This document shows, in pieces, positions 51,251-61,864 of a stretch of 64,000 nt of DNA. The notes beneath the pieces are model-generated. The model was not told the DNA's origin, ran no database searches, and saw nothing but the letters and a program-made list of their open reading frames with translations. The stretch's first letter is position 1. Every line of letters starts with the position of its first letter. The translations under genes and the position numbers were made by a program. The stretch comes from Alphaproteobacteria bacterium (GTDB lineage: Bacteria; Pseudomonadota; Alphaproteobacteria; JAJTHO01; CANGXP01). The DNA lies in NCBI GenBank assembly GCA_947457935.1, contig CANGXP010000005.1, positions 2,511 through 66,510 on the forward strand, in the 5' to 3' direction.

Positions 51251-53212
51251 ATGATTTCTTTGCAGCGAATTAAATGCTTTGTTTTAGGTGCACCGCGTGA
51301 TCCTTTAAGTCGTGAAACACGCCACAGCGTTGCCCTTGTTGCTTTTATGGCATGGATTGGCCTAGGGGCAGATGGTCTCTCCTCTTCCAACTATGGCCCT
51401 GAATTAGCTTATCTTGCGTTGGGTGAACACACAGCTATCGCGATTTATTTAGCCATTGCCACCGCTGCTACCGTTTTTATTATCTCGATTGCCTATACGC
51501 AAGTGATCGAATTATTCCCCAACGGTGGGGGGGGGTATCAAATAGCCTCCACCCTGCTGGGCAAACGTGCAGGGCTGCTGTCTGGCTCTGCCCTTATTAT
51601 TGATTATGTGCTTACTATTGCCATTTCGGTGGCAAGCGGGATGGATGCCCTGATGAGTGTGTTACCACACGCATTTGAACAGTTTAGTTTGGGGCTTTCG
51701 ATTGCTGTTGTTGTGTTGCTGATGTTCCTCAACCTACGCGGTATGAAAGAATCAATTAAAGTTCTCATGCCCATTTTCCTTGGGTTTGTAATTACGCACG
51801 TTGGGCTGATTCTTGCGGGTATTTTCACGCATACGGAGGGTTTAAACACCCTACTTTCTGACGCGGTAACCGACACGATCACAACGGCAGATAGCATGGG
51901 ATGGGTGTTCTTTGTTGCCATTCTTCTCAAAGCGTTTTCCATGGGTGGGGGAACGTATACAGGCTTAGAAGCGGTTTCTAATAACGTGAACACGCTGGCT
52001 GAACCCAAGGTAAAAACGGGGAAGCTCACCATGTTGTTTGTGGCAATTTCCCTTGCATTCATGGCAACAGGGATCATCACCATCTATTTATTGTGGGATG
52101 TACGCCCTGTGGCAGGAGAAACACTGAATGCCACTGTTTTCAAAGCGATTACGGCAAGCTGGACGCTTGGCGGCGTTTCGCTCTCCCCCTTCATTGTGCC
52201 GATTACCTTATTATTTGCCACAGGATTACTGTTTGTTGCAGGAAACACGGGGTTCTTAGCAGGCCCCACCGTGCTCGCCAACATGGCGACAGATCAATGG
52301 ATGCCGCACTCGTTTGCCTCTCTTTCTAGCCGTCTCGTCACCAAAAATGGCGTGTTTATTATGGGCGGCGCGGCGATTGCAGCCCTCCTTGCAACGGGTG
52401 GTAGTGTCGAAATTCTCGTGGTTTTGTATAGCATTAACGTGTTCATCACCTTTACGCTTTCCATGATGGGACTGTGTAAATATTGGTGGATGAACCGCAA
52501 TAAGCCACAATGGCGACGCAAGCTATTTACCGCAGTGATTGGGTTTGTGGTGTGTTTCAGCATCCTGATTGTCACCATAGTTGAGAAGTTTGCAACAGGC
52601 GGCTGGCTGACCATGCTCGTTACCTCGTTTGTGTTTCTGCTGGGGTGGCAGATCCGCACGCATTATATTGAAACCACCCGCAAGCTTTGCGAAGCAGATG
52701 ATTTGCTCACGCAACAGGGCGTGGTGAAGGTAGACGAGCCACCCCACTTGCAACATGACAAGCCAACCGCTGTTTTGTTGGTCAACGAGCATATTGGCAA
52801 TGGGATGCATACCTTGTTGTGGATTATGCGCCTGTTTCCCAAAGCATTCACCAATTTTGTGTTTGTTAGTGTGGCTGAGGTTGACTCCGCCGCCTTTGGC
52901 GAAGATGTTGTGTGGCAGAAGCGCCGCCGTGATATTAAAAAATCGCTAAAGTACTATGTAAATTTCTGTAACCAACACAATCATGCTGCCACTTTCTATC
53001 TTGATTATTGCACAGATGTAGTAGGCAAACTCAGTGAGTTATCAGACAAAGTTGCTGCTGACTTCCCCAATGCGGTGTTTTTTGGCAGCAAGCTTATCTT
53101 TGAGAATGAAGGGTTCTTTAAACAACTCCTTCATAACCAAACCGCCTATATGATTCAGCGGCGGCTACACAGCAAAAACAAGCCGATGATTATTTTGCCA
53201 ATTCGGGTGTGA
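51251..53212 (+). CDS. APC-superfamily transporter resembling the KimA K+/H+ symporter, with cytoplasmic C-terminal domain
   Basis: GADGLSSSNYGPE, FPNGGGGYQIAS and LIIDYVLTIAISVASGMDAL align to the corresponding KimA motifs (SSDALSSVAYGTE, YPQGGGAYIVS, LLVDYILTVAVSISAGTDAI). A roughly 200-aa soluble tail follows. Confidence 0.55.
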   Translation: MISLQRIKCFVLGAPRDPLSRETRHSVALVAFMAWIGLGADGLSSSNYGPELAYLALGEHTAIAIYLAIATAATVFIISIAYTQVIELFPNGGGGYQIASTLLGKRAGLLSGSALIIDYVLTIAISVASGMDALMSVLPHAFEQFSLGLSIAVVVLLMFLNLRGMKESIKVLMPIFLGFVITHVGLILAGIFTHTEGLNTLLSDAVTDTITTADSMGWVFFVAILLKAFSMGGGTYTGLEAVSNNVNTLAEPKVKTGKLTMLFVAISLAFMATGIITIYLLWDVRPVAGETLNATVFKAITASWTLGGVSLSPFIVPITLLFATGLLFVAGNTGFLAGPTVLANMATDQWMPHSFASLSSRLVTKNGVFIMGGAAIAALLATGGSVEILVVLYSINVFITFTLSMMGLCKYWWMNRNKPQWRRKLFTAVIGFVVCFSILIVTIVEKFATGGWLTMLVTSFVFLLGWQIRTHYIETTRKLCEADDLLTQQGVVKVDEPPHLQHDKPTAVLLVNEHIGNGMHTLLWIMRLFPKAFTNFVFVSVAEVDSAAFGEDVVWQKRRRDIKKSLKYYVNFCNQHNHAATFYLDYCTDVVGKLSELSDKVAADFPNAVFFGSKLIFENEGFFKQLLHNQTAYMIQRRLHSKNKPMIILPIRV

Positions 53213-53879
53213 ACTTCCCCTCCTCTAAAAAACACACCATTTGCTGCAAAACTTCCTTATTATACACCATCCCTGTATGAGATGTCGGAAGAACAATATG
53301 ATCCGCCATGTCTGGCAGCTTGGTGCTGACAACGCTCACCTTGCCGTCATTCGGGCGGGGCAATAGGCAGTATCCTGATAACGGATCCCAAAACCGATTA
53401 CCTGCAATAATCCCCAACGGATAGTCTATGGATTGTTGAAAATGCTGCTTTACCGCCGTGGTGGTCAATTCTGCCCCTGCTATCCCAAAAAATTTACGAT
53501 ACAATTGTCGTGCAATCGGGTATTTCACTAGAAAATCTGCCACTTCTGACCCCTGATGCGGCGTGCCTAGCATGACTACCCGCCCTAAGTTTGGCGGGCG
53601 ATAGGTGGCTAACAGTTGCCGAATGAGCAAGCCACCCATGGAGTAGCCCACGAAGTGAATGGGTTGTATAGTGCGGGCAACCGCCGCTTGCACCTGCGGC
53701 AAAATCACCTGCGCCACACAGTCTGTCATGCTTAGTTTTGTGGAAGGATAATCAATAGCAAGAACAGTGTAGCCATTATTTTCAAGGGTTTTTATCACGG
53801 CGCGCATAAACCATGCGTTGCACGCAATACCATGAAGGACGATGACGAGTCCTTTGGATGGGGGACAGAGCATAGTCAT
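53190..53879 (-). CDS. Alpha/beta-fold hydrolase
   Basis: GYSMGG nucleophile elbow and HG oxyanion motif (VLHGIAC). Confidence 0.6.
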   Translation of the reverse strand: MTMLCPPSKGLVIVLHGIACNAWFMRAVIKTLENNGYTVLAIDYPSTKLSMTDCVAQVILPQVQAAVARTIQPIHFVGYSMGGLLIRQLLATYRPPNLGRVVMLGTPHQGSEVADFLVKYPIARQLYRKFFGIAGAELTTTAVKQHFQQSIDYPLGIIAGNRFWDPLSGYCLLPRPNDGKVSVVSTKLPDMADHIVLPTSHTGMVYNKEVLQQMVCFLEEGKFTPELAK

Positions 53880-53882
53880 TGT

Positions 53883-54854
53883 TCAAGCTGAACGCTTTAG
53901 TGTATTATGAGGTAGCTCAAAGGAAGAAGAGAAATTAAATAACGAACTTTTTGTTGCTCCATCAATACAATACTCCCGTATTGCACTCGCAACAAATGCA
54001 GCAAGGTTAACAGGGACTGCATTACCAATCATTTGTTCTAAATTTGTTTTTGTCCCACAAAACTTAAAATCCTTAGGAAATGTTTGCAGATAACTACGTT
54101 CAATCGTAGTCAACGGTCTAATATTTTCGAGTATGATATTGTCAGGATCACAAGAATTCAGCTTGTATCCCTTAGGAATGGGTCTATTGACCCCGCGTAT
54201 TGTCGGACTCGGCTCATCAATAGTAAAGATACCGCGCCGATTGTAATTGCGTGGATGACGATAATAAGCCTCTAATCCCAGTGTATCTCCTAGATATTCA
54301 CGTATAGTCATTTTTCTCTCAGACAAATTTTTTCTTAAAACTTCTCTTAATTGATTATGCTCATCATGCAAATGCCCTATGAGAAAAAAGCGGGATCTCG
54401 ATTGTGGAACACCACAGAATGATGCATCCAAAATCACTGCGGTTAATCCATAACCTGCTTGTATAAACTGTCTTATAACATGCTCTATGATGGTGCTTTT
54501 TTTAATTTGCTCCACATTCTCCATAACAAACCAACTTGGTCTTATCGCACAAACAATATTAGAAAAACTAAGTGTTAAATTCGCTCTCCCTTGCGTTATG
54601 TCACGCTTACCAGCACTCGAAAAATCTTGACATGGCGGTCCCCCCATAATCAAGTCAGGAGAAAATTCTTTTATTTTCGCAATAGATTCATCTTCTTGAG
54701 TAAGATCTTGTTTAAAGATTGGATGTGTAAAGTTATTTCTATACAAAGAAATCGCTGCTTCCCAATTTTCAAAAGCAGCAATTACATCAAGCTTCGCCTT
54801 CTGAAAGCCAAGAGAAAGCCCTCCGCAGCCTGCAAAAAGATCAACACACTTCAT
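53883..54854 (-). CDS. DNA (cytosine-5)-methyltransferase
   Basis: Motif I DLFAGCGG, motif IV PPCQDFS, motif VI ENV, motif X near the C-terminus. AT-rich. Confidence 0.85.
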   Translation of the reverse strand: MKCVDLFAGCGGLSLGFQKAKLDVIAAFENWEAAISLYRNNFTHPIFKQDLTQEDESIAKIKEFSPDLIMGGPPCQDFSSAGKRDITQGRANLTLSFSNIVCAIRPSWFVMENVEQIKKSTIIEHVIRQFIQAGYGLTAVILDASFCGVPQSRSRFFLIGHLHDEHNQLREVLRKNLSERKMTIREYLGDTLGLEAYYRHPRNYNRRGIFTIDEPSPTIRGVNRPIPKGYKLNSCDPDNIILENIRPLTTIERSYLQTFPKDFKFCGTKTNLEQMIGNAVPVNLAAFVASAIREYCIDGATKSSLFNFSSSFELPHNTLKRSA

Positions 54855-55894
54855 CGAAATAAATCTGGAGAATTAAATAGAATTGCGTCAAAACGACGTT
54901 CTGGGCTTAATAAATTTTGTCCCCCGCCTAATATAATGTTCTTAATCTCAGATTTTCTTATAATTGGGGTTACAAGCCTTGGAGATGCCATATATTTGTT
55001 AGTGATATTACCTGCTGACGCAAAAGCTTTATCATTTTTTGTATTATAGGACAGAGTGTCAATAATTTTTGCGTGATTGAATTTTTTCTCATCCTTTATA
55101 TCGCTAAGCATTTTATACAACCAAACAGCGGTTCTTGTTTGTCTCGTTATACTCGTTGCTTGAGAACTCCAATTTGCAATACTTGCTATAAAATGGCTAA
55201 ATCCTGCATTGCTCCATACGACTATATCTAAACAATTTTCTGCTAATTCTGGTGATTTCCCTATTGTTTTCCAAATTGGTTGTAACAAGAACGCATGTTG
55301 CTTTTCTTCAAGTAATGCTGTTATTTTCATTATAGCATTAAGTATTTCATTTATTTTCTGTAATACTAACCGTGCATCCGACCAATCCATAATGTCGATA
55401 GTAGGCAGAAAATCCCCCAAGGATTGACCAAGATTACTTGCTATACTACATGCTAAATAAACAATAGTATCTGGTCTTACGACAAGTTCACTTCCATAAA
55501 ATTCTTCTCTAAGATCACATGTTGTATTATCTGGCAGAGCAGTGAGTTTTACCTCAAGCCCCACGAGACATTCGCCTGTACTCTCTTTTTGAACAACAAG
55601 ATCAGTTCTAGGCAGCGTTCCAACAACATATTTTTGATAAGGTGTGTGCTGTGCCTCAAAAGCAAAGTATGTGTCTTTGTTTTCAGCAGGAATTCCAAAA
55701 ATATTTTCTATAGTAATGAAATTTGATTTTAGCTTGCCATTTAGAATCGATAAATAATTCGCCTCAATATTTCTTGAGGCAAGATAACAGCACAAAGCCA
55801 CTGGGAAGGAAGAATTGAACTGGTTTTTGCCCCACGCTTCTTTCTGTGAAAAATCCCTGTTGGTTTTTGTTAATCCGAAGAGACTCGGGTGCAT
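54851..55894 (-). CDS. Putative type II restriction endonuclease partner of the m5C methyltransferase
   Basis: AT-rich ORF overlapping the methyltransferase start by 4 nt. No family recognised. Call is by position and composition only. Confidence 0.4.
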   Translation of the reverse strand: MHPSLFGLTKTNRDFSQKEAWGKNQFNSSFPVALCCYLASRNIEANYLSILNGKLKSNFITIENIFGIPAENKDTYFAFEAQHTPYQKYVVGTLPRTDLVVQKESTGECLVGLEVKLTALPDNTTCDLREEFYGSELVVRPDTIVYLACSIASNLGQSLGDFLPTIDIMDWSDARLVLQKINEILNAIMKITALLEEKQHAFLLQPIWKTIGKSPELAENCLDIVVWSNAGFSHFIASIANWSSQATSITRQTRTAVWLYKMLSDIKDEKKFNHAKIIDTLSYNTKNDKAFASAGNITNKYMASPRLVTPIIRKSEIKNIILGGGQNLLSPERRFDAILFNSPDLFR

Positions 55895-55898
55895 AATT

Positions 55899-56612
55899 TC
55901 ATCCCCTCGCCGCCGCGACAAAAGCCTGCATAATCCGCTTATCACCCTCGCAAACGTGATATTCAGGGTGCCACTGCACGCCGAGGCAAAACTTATAGGA
56001 ACGGTCTTCCACGCCTTCAATCACGCCATCGGGGGCGTAAGCGTTAATCACCGTATTGCCGCGCACGGTTTTCACCGCCTGATGGTGCGCGGTGTTGACA
56101 GCCAGCGTGTCACTGCCCACAATCTCGTGCAGCAACGTGCCTTTGGTGACGGTGACAACATGTCCCACCTCAGTGCGGGGGGTGGGTTGTTCGTGTTCCA
56201 GTGCGCTGTCCACACTATCAGGGATATGCTGAATGAGCGTGCCGCCCAACGCCACGTTCAGCAACTGCTCACCACCACAAATGCCCAAAATCGGGATGTT
56301 GCGTTCTAATGCCCGTTTGGTAATGGCATATTCAAACGCCGTGCGCTTGTCTTTCACTTGAACTGTACTGTGGCGTTCTGCCTCGCCATAGAGCGCAGGA
56401 TCCACATCAAACGCCCCACCTGTTACGAGTAATCCTTTAATCAGGTCAAGATAGGCATCTACATCCCCTGCAAAGTGCGGAATGGCTATTGGTAAGCCCC
56501 CTGCCTCGCGCACGCTATCAAAGTAGTTCTCGCGCAAGGCATACCATGGCATCCGCGAATAACCGCCGCCGTGTTCTGCATCCAAGGTGAGACCGATAAG
56601 GGGGAGAACCAT
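55899..56612 (-). CDS. Class I glutamine amidotransferase-like gamma-glutamyl-GABA hydrolase family protein
   Basis: GICGGEQ catalytic Cys motif and HPE(Y) region. Confidence 0.7.
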   Translation of the reverse strand: MVLPLIGLTLDAEHGGGYSRMPWYALRENYFDSVREAGGLPIAIPHFAGDVDAYLDLIKGLLVTGGAFDVDPALYGEAERHSTVQVKDKRTAFEYAITKRALERNIPILGICGGEQLLNVALGGTLIQHIPDSVDSALEHEQPTPRTEVGHVVTVTKGTLLHEIVGSDTLAVNTAHHQAVKTVRGNTVINAYAPDGVIEGVEDRSYKFCLGVQWHPEYHVCEGDKRIMQAFVAAARG

Positions 56613-56676
56613 GATTAATATTTTTCCGTTGCTTACATCAAAAATATTTCAGACTGCTAAAAATTCTTTATTGAGT

Positions 56677-56758
56677 CTGGATACCAGCTTTCGCTGGTAA
56701 TTCGCCACTCTCGCAAGGATTATCTGCGGTGCGCTTACCAGCGAAAGCTGGTATCCAG
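56677..56758. repeat. Perfect 24-bp inverted repeat with 34-bp spacer
   Basis: CTGGATACCAGCTTTCGCTGGTAA ... TTACCAGCGAAAGCTGGTATCCAG. Each arm also contains its own CCAGC-tttc-GCTGG hairpin. It lies between pntB and the amidotransferase gene. Confidence 0.7.
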
Positions 56759-56789
56759 AAATTAAACAGTGATTAATTGTTTTTGCCTC

Positions 56790-58184
56790 TTAATGCCCCA
56801 ACGCCTTCACAATTTCCTCGGTCATTTTCTTGGCATCCGCAAACAGCATCATGGTGTTATCGCGGAAGAATAATTCATTTTCCACACCCGCGTACCCTGC
56901 TGCCATGCCGCGTTTGATAAACAATACAGTTTTTGCTTTTTCCACATCGAGAATCGGCATACCGTAAATAGAACTGGTGGGGTCAGTTTTTGCAGCAGGG
57001 TTGGTCACATCGTTCGCACCAATGACGAACGCCACGTCTGCACTGCCGAAATCGCGGTTAATGTCTTCTAATTCAAACACATCATCGTAGGGCACATTCG
57101 CTTCTGCCAACAACACGTTCATATGCCCTGGCATTCTACCCGCCACAGGGTGAATCGCGTATTTTACAGACACGCCTTCTTTTTTCAGCAAATCGCCCAT
57201 TTCTTTGAGGGCGTGTTGTGCTTGCGCAACCGCCATGCCGTATCCCGGAACGATAATTACAGAGGAGGCATTTTTCATGATGAATGCCGCATCTTCCGCG
57301 CTGCCTGATTTTACCGACTTGTCACCGTGAGATGCCGCCGTCCCTGCTGTGGCGGTGTCACCACCAAAGCCGCCCAAAATCACGTTGAAGATAGAGCGGT
57401 TCATGCCTTTGCACATAATGTAACTGAGAATCGCGCCTGACGAGCCAACCAACGCCCCTGTGATAATCAACAGGTTATTTTGCAGGGTGAAGCCAATGCC
57501 GCACGCCGCCCAACCAGAGTAAGAATTCAGCATCGACACCACAACGGGCATATCCGCCCCGCCGATGGGGAGAATCAGCAAAAAGCCCAACAGCAACGCA
57601 ATAATCAGAATGCCCCAGAAAAAGAACGTGGATTCTGTGCCCGCAAATAACACTGTGCCTGCAACCAAGCCCAAGCCCAATAAGGCATTAAAGAAATGTT
57701 GCCCCCCGAAGGTAAGCGGCTTGCCGCCGATGATGCCTTGCAATTTACCGAACGCCACCAATGACCCTGTAAAGGTAATCGCGCCCACCGCAAGCCCGAT
57801 GCTCATTTCAATGAGGTTTGCGAGAGGAAGCTGCCCTTTTGTACCAATGCCTAAGGCTTCAGGAGAGTACACGGCAGAAATCGCAACGAAAACAGCGGCC
57901 AAGCCAACCAAGCTATGAAACGCTGCAACAAGCTGCGGTAACGCCGTCATTTTAATACGTTTTGCAATCACCGCGCCGATGCTTCCACCAAGCGCGATTG
58001 CGACAATAATACTGCCGTAACTTTGCACGCTTGGTAACGCCAAGGTGGTACCAATGGCAATCGCCATCCCTATCATACCATACATGTTGCCTTTTTGGGC
58101 ACTTTCAGGCGAGGATAAGCCGCGCAACGCAAGAATAAACAGCACGGAAGCCGCGAGATAAAGGAGAGCAGAGAGATCAGACAT
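56790..58184 (-). CDS. pntB: NAD(P) transhydrogenase beta subunit
   Basis: Multi-TM N-terminus plus the NADP(H)-binding dIII domain (GYGMAVAQAQH). Confidence 0.95.
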   Translation of the reverse strand: MSDLSALLYLAASVLFILALRGLSSPESAQKGNMYGMIGMAIAIGTTLALPSVQSYGSIIVAIALGGSIGAVIAKRIKMTALPQLVAAFHSLVGLAAVFVAISAVYSPEALGIGTKGQLPLANLIEMSIGLAVGAITFTGSLVAFGKLQGIIGGKPLTFGGQHFFNALLGLGLVAGTVLFAGTESTFFFWGILIIALLLGFLLILPIGGADMPVVVSMLNSYSGWAACGIGFTLQNNLLIITGALVGSSGAILSYIMCKGMNRSIFNVILGGFGGDTATAGTAASHGDKSVKSGSAEDAAFIMKNASSVIIVPGYGMAVAQAQHALKEMGDLLKKEGVSVKYAIHPVAGRMPGHMNVLLAEANVPYDDVFELEDINRDFGSADVAFVIGANDVTNPAAKTDPTSSIYGMPILDVEKAKTVLFIKRGMAAGYAGVENELFFRDNTMMLFADAKKMTEEIVKALGH

Positions 58185-58378
58185 AGAGTTTCCTAAGTTC
58201 TTACAGGACTTACGCAGTGCTCGTCTTTTTTGCGCTTTCATCGTTAGAAAATTGCTCAAAATGCTCATTTACCTTAAGTAAACTCCGCTTTTTCACAATT
58301 TTCTGCCTTGAAATCATCAAAAATCCTTCACCTGCCTAAGTCCTGTATCACGTCAAAAATACGATAGAGTGTTTTGTA

Positions 58379-58807
58379 TTATTTTGTTTTCTTCTTAAAC
58401 ATTTGCAACATCCGCTGTGTCACAATAAAGCCACCAAAGATATTGATAGAGGCAAGCAACACCGCAAAAAAGCCCATGGCTTTAGCGAACGCACTGCCTT
58501 CACCGCCGCCCGCTGCAATCAATGCGCCCACAATAATTACGGAGGAAATCGCGTTAGTCACGCCCATCAAGGGAGAGTGCAAGGCAGGTGTCACCCGCCA
58601 CACCACATAATATCCCACAAAACACGCGAGCATAAACACGGTAAGACTTGTAATAAACGGACTGCCGTGCCCTGCCCCATTCGCGCTAAACGCTGCCACT
58701 TTTGAGGAAAACAGCATAATTTCATTGGCAAGGTCAGCGGCTTTGTTGGTGAGAACATCCGCTTGCTGGATAAGATTTTCTTGGGTGGTCATATCAACAC
58801 TCATCAA
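58379..58807 (-). CDS. NAD(P) transhydrogenase alpha subunit part 2 (membrane)
   Basis: Small 4-TM protein typical of split PntA. Confidence 0.85.
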   Translation of the reverse strand: MMSVDMTTQENLIQQADVLTNKAADLANEIMLFSSKVAAFSANGAGHGSPFITSLTVFMLACFVGYYVVWRVTPALHSPLMGVTNAISSVIIVGALIAAGGGEGSAFAKAMGFFAVLLASINIFGGFIVTQRMLQMFKKKTK

Positions 58808-58812
58808 AAGAG

Positions 58813-59943
58813 TTAAGAAGCAAAATTCGGATGCACAATCGCCCCATTATGGGTGAGCAACGTGCCTTTGATAATCTCGTCTTCTAGCGGGATGGAGATT
58901 TTTTTCTCTCCTTTATCAATCAATAAGGTGATAAAGTTCAACACGTTCTTTGCGTAAAGAGCACTCGCATCTGCCGCAATACGGCTAGGCACGTTGGCAT
59001 GACCAATGATTTTCACGTCATGCTTTTCAACAATTTTACCGCATTCCGTGAGTTCACAGTTCCCGCCGCGTTCTGCTGCTAAGTCCACAATCACGGAACC
59101 CGCCTTCATGTCTTTTACCATCGCTTCAGTAACGAGGATAGGTGCGGGTTTCCCAGGGATTAACGCCGTGCAAATCACAATATCCATTTTCTTGATCGTC
59201 TCATGGATTTTGGCTTGTTGCTTTTGCTTGTATTCTTCCGTCATTTCCTTGGCATAGCCGCCTTTGGTCTCGGCATCAGCAGCGGCATCTACCTCCACAA
59301 AGGTTGCACCCAAACTTTGCACTTGTTCTTTGGCGGCTGCCCGCACGTCAAAGGCAGAAATCACCCCGCCTAACCGTTTCGCCGTGGCAATCGCCTGCAA
59401 GCCTGCAACCCCCGCCCCCATCACCAACACTTTTGCAGGGGCAACCGTGCCCGCTGCGGTCATCATCATCGGGAACGCATGCCCATATTCCGTTGCGGCA
59501 TCAATTACCGCGCGATAGCCCGCCAAGTTACTTTGCGAGGACAACACGTCCATCGCTTGCGCACGGGTGATGCGCGGAATAAGCTCTAAAGCAAAAGTAG
59601 AGAGTTTTTTTGCAGCAAAGTCTTTGAGTTGCTCTTTATTGTCAGACGGCGCGAGGATAGCAGCGAGAATCGCCCCTTCTTTGGCATCCCCTAAGAATGT
59701 GTCTTTTTCCTCAGGGGCTTGCACTTTCAGAATAATATCCGCATCGCCCACAGCTGCTTTGGCGGTTGCCGCAATGGTCGCCCCTGCGTCTTTATAGGCA
59801 GTGTCACTATAGGATGACGCCTCCCCTGCCCCTTTTTCAACAGCAACACTCGCGCCCAGCGCAATGAATTTCTTTACTGTTTCAGGGGATGCAGCAACAC
59901 GCGCTTCAAGATGTTTCTTTTCTTTTAAAACCGCAATTTTCAT
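58813..59943 (-). CDS. NAD(P) transhydrogenase alpha subunit part 1 (dI, alanine-dehydrogenase-like)
   Basis: Rossmann motif [21 protein letters not shown]. Confidence 0.95.
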   Translation of the reverse strand: MKIAVLKEKKHLEARVAASPETVKKFIALGASVAVEKGAGEASSYSDTAYKDAGATIAATAKAAVGDADIILKVQAPEEKDTFLGDAKEGAILAAILAPSDNKEQLKDFAAKKLSTFALELIPRITRAQAMDVLSSQSNLAGYRAVIDAATEYGHAFPMMMTAAGTVAPAKVLVMGAGVAGLQAIATAKRLGGVISAFDVRAAAKEQVQSLGATFVEVDAAADAETKGGYAKEMTEEYKQKQQAKIHETIKKMDIVICTALIPGKPAPILVTEAMVKDMKAGSVIVDLAAERGGNCELTECGKIVEKHDVKIIGHANVPSRIAADASALYAKNVLNFITLLIDKGEKKISIPLEDEIIKGTLLTHNGAIVHPNFAS

Positions 59944-60334
59944 GACTACCCTTAATGTTATTTTTGTGCGGAAAAACTATATAGTTTTTCATAGTTACAA
60001 AACAATGGCTTTGTTGTCTAGGGGTAAAAGCACCTTGGCAAAGTTGCTTTTCTGTGTTCGCTATAGAATACTTGCTGCGCAAATGGGGCTGAGATAGGCA
60101 CCTACGATAGTTTGCTGGAAGCACAGCAGTTTGTGCATACCATTGAAAAACGGCAATCGCTAAAAATTTCCTGCTTGGAAGAAATTGCCTACCATAATAA
60201 ATGGCTTAATGACGCACAAGTTGAAACAGCCGCTGCGATGTATAGCAAAACGTCTTATGGGGAGTATTTACGCAATCTGCTGCCTTTCACTAACACCCGC
60301 TTCGAAAACTAATGAGGGCAATTACATGCGCATC

Positions 60335-60748
60335 TTAAGCAAGGAGCGCATCGCGTAGGGGTTGCAGCATTGAAGCACACTCTTGTGCTGCAGCAGGGTT
60401 ATTGTTTTTGTTAATGGTATCAAGGCTGTAAATCATGAATTGCAGGAGTTTTTGCAGGTTTTCTGCAACATGGTTGCCATCACTTGCATCAATCGCTTGG
60501 GTTAAATGTTGGAGCAACGCTTTGCTTTTATTGACAGCCTTACTACGCGCCAATTTATTTTCCACCAAGCAATAGTAAGAAATCTCATTAAGGCTATTCA
60601 CCGCCTTATCAATAAGCCCCGCAACCTCTTTCGGGGTGAGATATTGTGATGTAACCGCAATATCTTTAACAACAATAGCATGAACAGAGTGCATAATAAT
60701 CCTCAAACATAATAAATATATACTTTGGTTGTGCAAAGAACGTGCCAA
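60335..60748 (-). CDS. FliS-family chaperone-like protein
   Basis: [22 protein letters not shown] ... [10 protein letters not shown] fits the FliS helical-bundle pattern. A more likely start is at 60694. Confidence 0.4.
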   Translation of the reverse strand: MARSLHNQSIYLLCLRIIMHSVHAIVVKDIAVTSQYLTPKEVAGLIDKAVNSLNEISYYCLVENKLARSKAVNKSKALLQHLTQAIDASDGNHVAENLQKLLQFMIYSLDTINKNNNPAAAQECASMLQPLRDALLA

Positions 60749-60835
60749 GCAACAGGTTACGTTTCTTTAATCTTTTTTTTATATCATCACAAAACATACA
60801 ATCGAATGCATAACGACGACGCAGGGAGCACTACA

Positions 60836-61864
60836 ATGCCACACAAAATTAAGAAAATTATTCATCAGCTAGAGGAACAAGCACAACGCTTTGCTAAAAC
60901 AAACGAAGAAATCGCAGGAAAAACAAATTTACTGGCACTTAATGCAACTATTGAAGCCGCCCGTGCGGGGGACGCAGGCAGAGGATTTGCTGTTGTTGCA
61001 ACTGAAGTAAAAAATCTTGCGAATAACGCTACTAAAAATTCTAAAGAGTTTCGCGGCGAGATGATTAAGTGCATTGAAGAAGGGCTAGCAATTACAGATG
61101 CCTTAATCGCTGATATTGAAGGCACAAAACTTATTGATATGGCGCAAATTCTCGTGCAACTGATTGTGCGCAATCTTTACGAACGCACTGCCGATGTGCG
61201 ATGGTGGGCGACAGATGAAGCATTCTGGAAAGCTGCTGAAAATCCCACCCCAGAAAACTGCCTACTCGCAACGCAACGTCTTGCAACCATTAATCGTTTT
61301 TACAGCGTTTATCTTAATCTTATATTGATAGATGCAAACGGCAAAATCCTTGCTGTCTCTCAACCTGAACAATTTTCAACACTTACTGGTAAGGATGTAA
61401 GACACGAACGATGGTTTCAAAATACACTCCGCACACACAGCGGTGATGAATATATTGTTGATGATATTAAAAACTGCCCCCTACATCACAATGCCCCTGT
61501 TGCGCTCTATGCCTCTTCCGTGCGCGAGGGCGGCAAAATAAACGGCAAATTATGCGGAGTGTTAGGCGTTTACTTTAACTGGAGCGACCAAGCGCGCAGC
61601 ATCGTGAAAGACGAACCTACTTTAAACAAAGAAGAATGGACTCGGTCGCGTGTTTTACTGCTTGATGGAGCACACCGTATTATTGCAGCATCCGACAACA
61701 ATAATCTATTGCAGTCATTTCCCTTAGAAACAAACGGAGCAACAAAAGGCTGCTATAAGAGCAGCAATAGGGAGACTATCGCTTTTGCTAAGACAATCGG
61801 CTACCAAGAATATAGTGGCTTAGGCTGGTATGGTGTGGTGATACAGCGTCCTATTGCCGAGTAA
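60836..61864 (+). CDS. Methyl-accepting-chemotaxis-like protein with atypical domain order
   Basis: N-terminal [33 protein letters not shown] is the hairpin-tip motif of the MCP signalling domain. It is followed by a roughly 270-aa sensor-like region ([14 protein letters not shown]...). Confidence 0.55.
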   Translation: MPHKIKKIIHQLEEQAQRFAKTNEEIAGKTNLLALNATIEAARAGDAGRGFAVVATEVKNLANNATKNSKEFRGEMIKCIEEGLAITDALIADIEGTKLIDMAQILVQLIVRNLYERTADVRWWATDEAFWKAAENPTPENCLLATQRLATINRFYSVYLNLILIDANGKILAVSQPEQFSTLTGKDVRHERWFQNTLRTHSGDEYIVDDIKNCPLHHNAPVALYASSVREGGKINGKLCGVLGVYFNWSDQARSIVKDEPTLNKEEWTRSRVLLLDGAHRIIAASDNNNLLQSFPLETNGATKGCYKSSNRETIAFAKTIGYQEYSGLGWYGVVIQRPIAE

